DNA of 43,383 nucleotides, filler included, from Nanobdellota archaeon (GTDB taxonomy: Archaea; Nanobdellota; Nanobdellia; B33-G15): NCBI GenBank assembly GCA_003660925.1. It is 14 parts of 14 records of this genome, joined end to end, with 100 filler letters (N's around TTAATTAATTAA, not from the genome) between each part and the next. Parts side by side here need not be neighbours in the genome. Positions count along the whole stretch, not along the records: positions 38,075 to 40,687 come from QMVD01000076.1; positions 40,788 to 43,383 come from QMVD01000077.1; 12 more parts are not named here. One strand, given 5' to 3'. The translations under genes were made by a program, and so were the position numbers. The notes under the pieces were generated by a model. That model had not been told where the DNA came from, did not search any database, and saw only the letters and a list, made by a program, of their open reading frames with translations. Below, one piece after another: positions 38,453-43,383 of this stretch (within the stretch, counting starts at the first letter, position 1; every line of letters begins with the position of its first letter).

Positions 38453-40687
38453 CTATTTAATTAGTTTGTGCTTGAACGCTTCGAGGATTAGTAATCCCAC
38501 GGAACAAGCTGAGAACACCAAGAGCCAATCATGGGATGAAAGGGGAACGGTATCCAGGATGGAGGAAAAGAATGGGTGATAGATCGCCAGGAATTGGAAT
38601 AGGGAGGAAATCAGGACCGCCAAGACCAAGTACTTATTCATGGGCGCCTCGTAGAACCTCTTCTCCGTCCTTACGGAGAAGACGAGGAATATCTCGAAGA
38701 ACACTGAAGTGGAGAAGACCAAGGTGCGCGCGTATTGTGGGGATACTGCGAGCTCGTCAAAGAACAAGAAGACCTCTATGATGAAGGCTAATAATCCTGC
38801 GAAGATGCTGTATTTCAGCAAGTGTCTTATGATGGACTCGTTGGGATCCCTGGGTTTGCTCTTCATGACGTCAGGATCCTTCGGCTCCGCGCTTAGGGCC
38901 AGCGCGGGCAAACCGTCCGTGAGTAAGTTGATCCAGAGGATCTGTAGGGGAGTAAAGGGGGAGGGGAGCCTCATGAGGAAGGCTGTGACCACTAGGGCGA
39001 TCTCGTCGAAATTGGCGGACAAGAGGAACCTCACGAACTTCTTGATGTTATCGAAGATGCTCCTCCCTTCCTCTATGGCCGCCACGATAGTGGCGAAGTT
39101 GTCGTCCAAGATGACCATGTCAGAGGCCTGTTTCGTGACATCTGTCCCCGACCCAACCGCTACCCCTATGTCCGCCCCTTTTAAAGCAGGGGCATCGTTT
39201 ATCCCATCCCCAGTGACTGCAACCCTATGTCCCTTCCTCTTCAAGGACTCCACTAACTTGACCTTGGATTGAGGGGAGGCCCTAGCACATATGATGATAT
39301 CCTCCACAATCTTATCTAACTCTTCTTCCTTCATCCTCTCCACTTCTTCACCCATCACCACTCTCCCTTTCTTCCCATAGAGCCCGACCTCCTTGGCTAT
39401 CGCGATGGCGGTGTCCCTGTGATCCCCTGTTATCATCATGACCCTGATGCCCGCTTCCTTACAGAGCCTTAATGCCTCCTTCACCTCTGGTCTTGGAGGG
39501 TCTATCATGCCGACCATGCCCAAGAATATGAGGTCCTCTTCAGGTTCCCCTCCCCTGTATTCCTTGTAGGCGAATCCCAACACCCTGTAAGCCTTCTTCG
39601 CCAGCCTTTCCCCTTGTTTCAAGATCTCTTTCCTCATCCTCTCATCCAACTTCTTCACTTTTCCCCTCACCATCACATATTTGGAAACGGATAGTAGGCT
39701 CTCGACGGCCCCCTTGCACATGACGTACTTCTTCCCGAGGTAGGAGTTTATGGTGCTCATCCTCTTCCTCGTGGAGTCGAAGAATATCTCCTTGACCTTG
39801 ACGTACTTCTTATCTTCTTCCATCAGGTTGGCCTTGGCAGCGAGCACGAGCAGAGCCCCTTCTGTGGGGTCCCCAATGACTGTCCACTTTCCCTCGTGCT
39901 TTATCAAGTGGGCGTTATTGCAAAGTCTGGCCACCCTTATCAGCATCTCCAATTCTGGAAAAGAGGAGACGTCCACCACTCCTTGCTTCCCGATGATCTC
40001 ACCTTTCGGGGAGAAGCCAACCCCAGTGACATCAAATTCTTGATCAAAAGTGAGGATCTTCCTAACAGTCATCTCGTTCTTCGTTATGGTCCCTGTCTTG
40101 TCCGAACAGATGTAGTCGACCACCCCCAAGGTTTCCACGGAGGAGAGCCTCCTCATCAAGGCATTTCTCCTCACCATGCGTTGGACACCTAAGGTCAAAG
40201 CCAAGGTTATGACTGCAGGGAGGCCCTCTGGGACCGCGGATACTGCTAAACTCACTGACAATTCAAAACTTTCCAAGAGATCTCCCCCCTCATAAACAGC
40301 CAACCCAAAGACGAAGATGCATATCAAGATGACGAGTAATCCTAAGAACCTACCTAACCTCTCCAAATGCTCTTGCAAGGGGGTTTTCCCCTCCTCGATT
40401 TGGACCAATTTAGCTATCTTCCCGAACTCTGTTTCCATCCCTGTGGAGACCACGACCGCTTTCCCCCTCCCATAGGTGATAGTGGTCCCCATGAAGACCA
40501 TGTTCCTCCTCTCGTGAATTGGCGTGCGCTTTGGGAGCACGCAGACTTTCTTCCTCACGGGCAAAGATTCACCTGTCAGAATGGACTCGTCCACGGTCAG
40601 GCTCATGGCTTCCAACAAGTAGGCGTCTGCTGGGACAACATCTCCTTCTTCTAGTAAGATTATGTCCCCTGGGACCAATTCCTTAGA
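38453..40687 (-). CDS. P-type ATPase, type IIA (Ca2+-like), 5'-truncated
   Basis: LTGES, VPEGLP, CSDKTGT, KGA, MITGD, TGDGINDAPAL, WINLLTDGLPAL. Confidence 0.95.
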   Translation of the reverse strand, partial: SKELVPGDIILLEEGDVVPADAYLLEAMSLTVDESILTGESLPVRKKVCVLPKRTPIHERRNMVFMGTTITYGRGKAVVVSTGMETEFGKIAKLVQIEEGKTPLQEHLERLGRFLGLLVILICIFVFGLAVYEGGDLLESFELSVSLAVSAVPEGLPAVITLALTLGVQRMVRRNALMRRLSSVETLGVVDYICSDKTGTITKNEMTVRKILTFDQEFDVTGVGFSPKGEIIGKQGVVDVSSFPELEMLIRVARLCNNAHLIKHEGKWTVIGDPTEGALLVLAAKANLMEEDKKYVKVKEIFFDSTRKRMSTINSYLGKKYVMCKGAVESLLSVSKYVMVRGKVKKLDERMRKEILKQGERLAKKAYRVLGFAYKEYRGGEPEEDLIFLGMVGMIDPPRPEVKEALRLCKEAGIRVMMITGDHRDTAIAIAKEVGLYGKKGRVVMGEEVERMKEEELDKIVEDIIICARASPQSKVKLVESLKRKGHRVAVTGDGINDAPALKGADIGVAVGSGTDVTKQASDMVILDDNFATIVAAIEEGRSIFDNIKKFVRFLLSANFDEIALVVTAFLMRLPSPFTPLQILWINLLTDGLPALALSAEPKDPDVMKSKPRDPNESIIRHLLKYSIFAGLLAFIIEVFLFFDELAVSPQYARTLVFSTSVFFEIFLVFSVRTEKRFYEAPMNKYLVLAVLISSLFQFLAIYHPFFSSILDTVPLSSHDWLLVFSACSVGLLILEAFKHKLIK

Positions 40688-40787
40688 NNNNNNNNNNNNN
40701 NNNNNNNNNNNNNNNNNNNNNNNNNNNNNNNTTAATTAATTAANNNNNNNNNNNNNNNNNNNNNNNNNNNNNNNNNNNNNNNNNNNN

Positions 40788-42485
40788 CCACATACCCTTG
40801 GGCACCCATCCGCCGAATTTCCTGTTCTCCAAAAAATAACTAGCCAGTAATGAGTCCCCCGCGAGATATACTCCTCCTGTAGTGTTCTCCTTCAAGAACT
40901 TCGCCAACTCGTACAAGTCCCCTAGCACAAGAGACCTTTTCTCATCCTCACTCATGAAAGGGTCGTTGACGATCCTCACGAAGAACTCTCTTCCCGCGGA
41001 CAAGTAAAGGGATTCGGGGAGCAGGAAGAGAATTATAAGGAAGAACATCTCGATTTCCTTCTTCGCTAATTCCTCGAAGAACAATCCGGGGAAAACGGAT
41101 AATGGCGCGGAGATCAGCAGGAGATAGCGGGGGACCTTAGCGTACACAAGGGCCCAATACAAGAAGATTGGAAGAATCGAAAGTAGTATGGTTAATGTCT
41201 TCACGCGATGTTTCTTTAGAGCAATGGGTAGGGAGAGGAAGAAAAAGAACACCAATTTTTCTCTGTGCATGAGGGCATTTGAGATGATTTGAGGCAGCTT
41301 TATGGGATTATAGAACTGTGTGTCTACGTAGGTTATCTGCTCGTACAAGTAGCCCCTGAATCTCAGGTTCGACGCGTAAAAAGAGAGACAAATGACGAGA
41401 GAGAATAGTAAGATAACCAAAAATCCTCTCGCGATGTTTCCCTCTTTCCTGTGCAGACTCATCACCGCCGCCAAGAGGAAGAAAGAGGGAAAAGAGATCA
41501 ATAAGGAATGCTTACACCACAACCCGATTCCCAACATCACACCGGAGAGTGTTGCTAGTTCCTCCCTCTTCTCCATCAAGTACAGGAGGAAAAAGAGAAG
41601 GGAAGTCGTGAAGAAGAAAGTAGAGGGAATGTCAAGAGCCTCTAAGCCATCATAGGAGAGGGAAAGAGGATCACCGACGGCAAACCAACTAAACAGGCAA
41701 AAAGAAAGTGCTGAGAGGAAGCCCACCTTTCTGTTGAAAAGGCTCTTGCCGAACAAATATACGGAAGAAACCATCATCCACGTGAAGATCACGTCGATAA
41801 TCTTCGCTAAGTGCTCGTTTACACCACCAAAGCAAAGGTAAGTGTACAGATAAGAGAGAGGGATTAGAAGAGGATAGTCATTCAGGGACATCAACCTTCG
41901 TGAGAGGTACATGAACTTTGCTTCTATTCCATACCTCCCAAGGGTATCTGCAGCTATGAAGGGGAAGTATAACGTCCTAAACGAAAGCAGGGAGAGTACT
42001 AGGATGATTAAAGAAAAGGTGGCTTTTTCCAACAACCCCAGTTCAGGGACGGTGAATTTAAATGTTCTAACTCGAAAGAGGGCTCGTTGTATGAGGTATA
42101 GCATCAGGCATAAAAGTAGCGTGGGAAAGAGGTAGAGGCCTAAACCTAGCGCACCCATAGTGAACAAGAGTATGGTCAGGGTACAAAGGCTAAGGGAGAT
42201 CGTCAGGATGAGGAAGATGAGACTGTCCCTCGTCAGTCTTGAGGCCAGAGGGTACATGAACACTAATCCGAATAGGAAAGAGAAAACTTGGACTATTGGA
42301 CCGAAAGGTAGAGAAAACAAAAAAGACTCTAAAAGAGCTAGCCGAGTAGGGGGTGTGCTGGAGAGGAACACATCATACCCTATGTAGTTGGGCCACTCCT
42401 TAGCAAAAAGGAGAATTAAGATGTTAAAAGAAGAAAACAAAAGGAGGAGAAAAATCTTCTCTTCCCTCAGAAAAGCCCTCTTCAT
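40788..42485 (-). CDS. GT-C (ArnT/PMT-type) membrane glycosyltransferase, 3'-truncated
   Basis: DYPLLIPL, KVGFLSAL, GLWCK, KVPRYLL; many TMs. Confidence 0.8.
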
Positions 42486-43383
42486 CTCCTCCTCAAAATG
42501 ATGGTGTTTCCAATTCTTTTAAACTCCTCGAAATAAGGGGATGTCTCCTTGAGACAAATTTCCGTGACGTTCAAACCAGTGTTGGCTTCGAAGTCCAGTA
42601 TGGTCCCGCTCTTCTCGCTAGTGCAAATGATATAGTTCACCTCCTCCCTTACCAATTGTCTAAGATAGGTGAGGTTCCTCACCTCATTTATCTTAGGTAG
42701 CCATTGGTCTTGGGCTGGGAAGAAATAAAGTGGGACATCTTTATGTAGATAAGAGTAGCCGCATGTCTCCGACCAAGTCTCAAAGACCAAGAGAGACTTA
42801 AGATCATCTTGTTTTCCCACGAGCTCCATCGCGGAGCAGAGGTCTTTTTTTGGGGACCAGTTTCGGCCGAGGGAGAGGGCCAAAGAGAGGATGAAAACGA
42901 ATAAGAGCACTCTAAGGTACTCTTTCTTCGCCTTAAATTTCTTGAGAAAGAGGAAAAGGCCCCTGGAGAAGAACAGGATAAGGGGAGGGATCAGAAAGAA
43001 GATGAACCTGTATTCCTTGTGACTGACAAGGGAGAAAAGGAAAAGAGGGAGTAAAATGGAATCCGACAACAGCTTCTCCTTACGCGTCCCAAAGACGCCA
43101 GCGTAGATGGCATACGGAAGTGATACGAGGATCAGAGGGCCCCAGTGACTCGCAAGGTGCACCAAGTAAAATTCCGATGGTTCCTCCCCGAAGAGGTACG
43201 AGCCCTCTCCAAAGAAATTATAATAGGTGAACTCGATGGGAGAGTGAAAAAAACCTCCCCAAGTGAACAGGTCCAGGAAGCCTTGGAACGTCAGAGCGAG
43301 GAGCAATCCCAGTAGGAATCCTGGTGATTTTTCTCCCAAGAAAAAAAGGATGGGGGCTGAGATTATGAGTGTTGGAAACCTCA
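42482..43383 (-). CDS. GT22 (Alg9/PIG-B-like) mannosyltransferase, 5'-truncated
   Basis: LDLFTWG...FTYYNF...FGEEPSEFYL...SLVSHKEYRFI; HKExRF is characteristic of GT22. Confidence 0.8.
   Translation of the reverse strand, partial: RFPTLIISAPILFFLGEKSPGFLLGLLLALTFQGFLDLFTWGGFFHSPIEFTYYNFFGEGSYLFGEEPSEFYLVHLASHWGPLILVSLPYAIYAGVFGTRKEKLLSDSILLPLFLFSLVSHKEYRFIFFLIPPLILFFSRGLFLFLKKFKAKKEYLRVLLFVFILSLALSLGRNWSPKKDLCSAMELVGKQDDLKSLLVFETWSETCGYSYLHKDVPLYFFPAQDQWLPKINEVRNLTYLRQLVREEVNYIICTSEKSGTILDFEANTGLNVTEICLKETSPYFEEFKRIGNTIILRRR

Noticed and set aside
3630..40787. Thirteen regularly spaced TTAATTAATTAA repeats flanked by Ns
   Set aside because: Artificial six-frame-stop linkers; contig lengths fall monotonically (3597 to 2613 bp), so this is not a CRISPR array or a biological repeat.
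152..42387. Numerous 60-220 aa Ser/Pro/Leu/Phe-rich ORFs in the track
   Set aside because: Antisense or off-frame shadows of purine-rich real genes; no motifs.

Overview
This window is not one continuous locus. It is 14 short contigs (about 2.6-3.6 kb, ordered by decreasing length) joined by 100-nt N/TTAATTAATTAA/N linkers, i.e. the small-contig tail of a metagenome-assembled genome. Gene content (LonB, aIF2-gamma, Hel308, RPA, RFC-L, archaeal tRNAs, TATA-box promoters with starts about 25 nt downstream, class III signal-like peptides) points to a compact, probably DPANN-type archaeon; this taxonomy is an inference. Housekeeping and metabolic genes include class III (nrdD, nrdG start) and class II (nrdJ) ribonucleotide reductases, a BtuR/CobO adenosyltransferase, a P-type ATPase, MgtE/TrkA-C, a type IV pilus ATPase and several GT-C glycosyltransferases. 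The main leads are: (1) a tRNA-Ser-linked integrase island, plus a recurring architecture on two contigs where a YdjM-type hydrolase with a conserved 30-bp upstream element sits head-to-head with an AT-rich foreign gene (CPBP protease or HPr-kinase-like); (2) an orphan promoter predicting a ~30-nt RNA complementary to the ribosome-binding site of a nearby unknown gene; (3) a structured, SD-sequestering leader with a uORF; (4) a nested multi-insertion LamG surface protein; (5) an orphan PqqD/RRE; (6) one contig with bacterial promoter and SD signals that is probably mis-binned or recently transferred. Adjacency across linkers carries no biological meaning.
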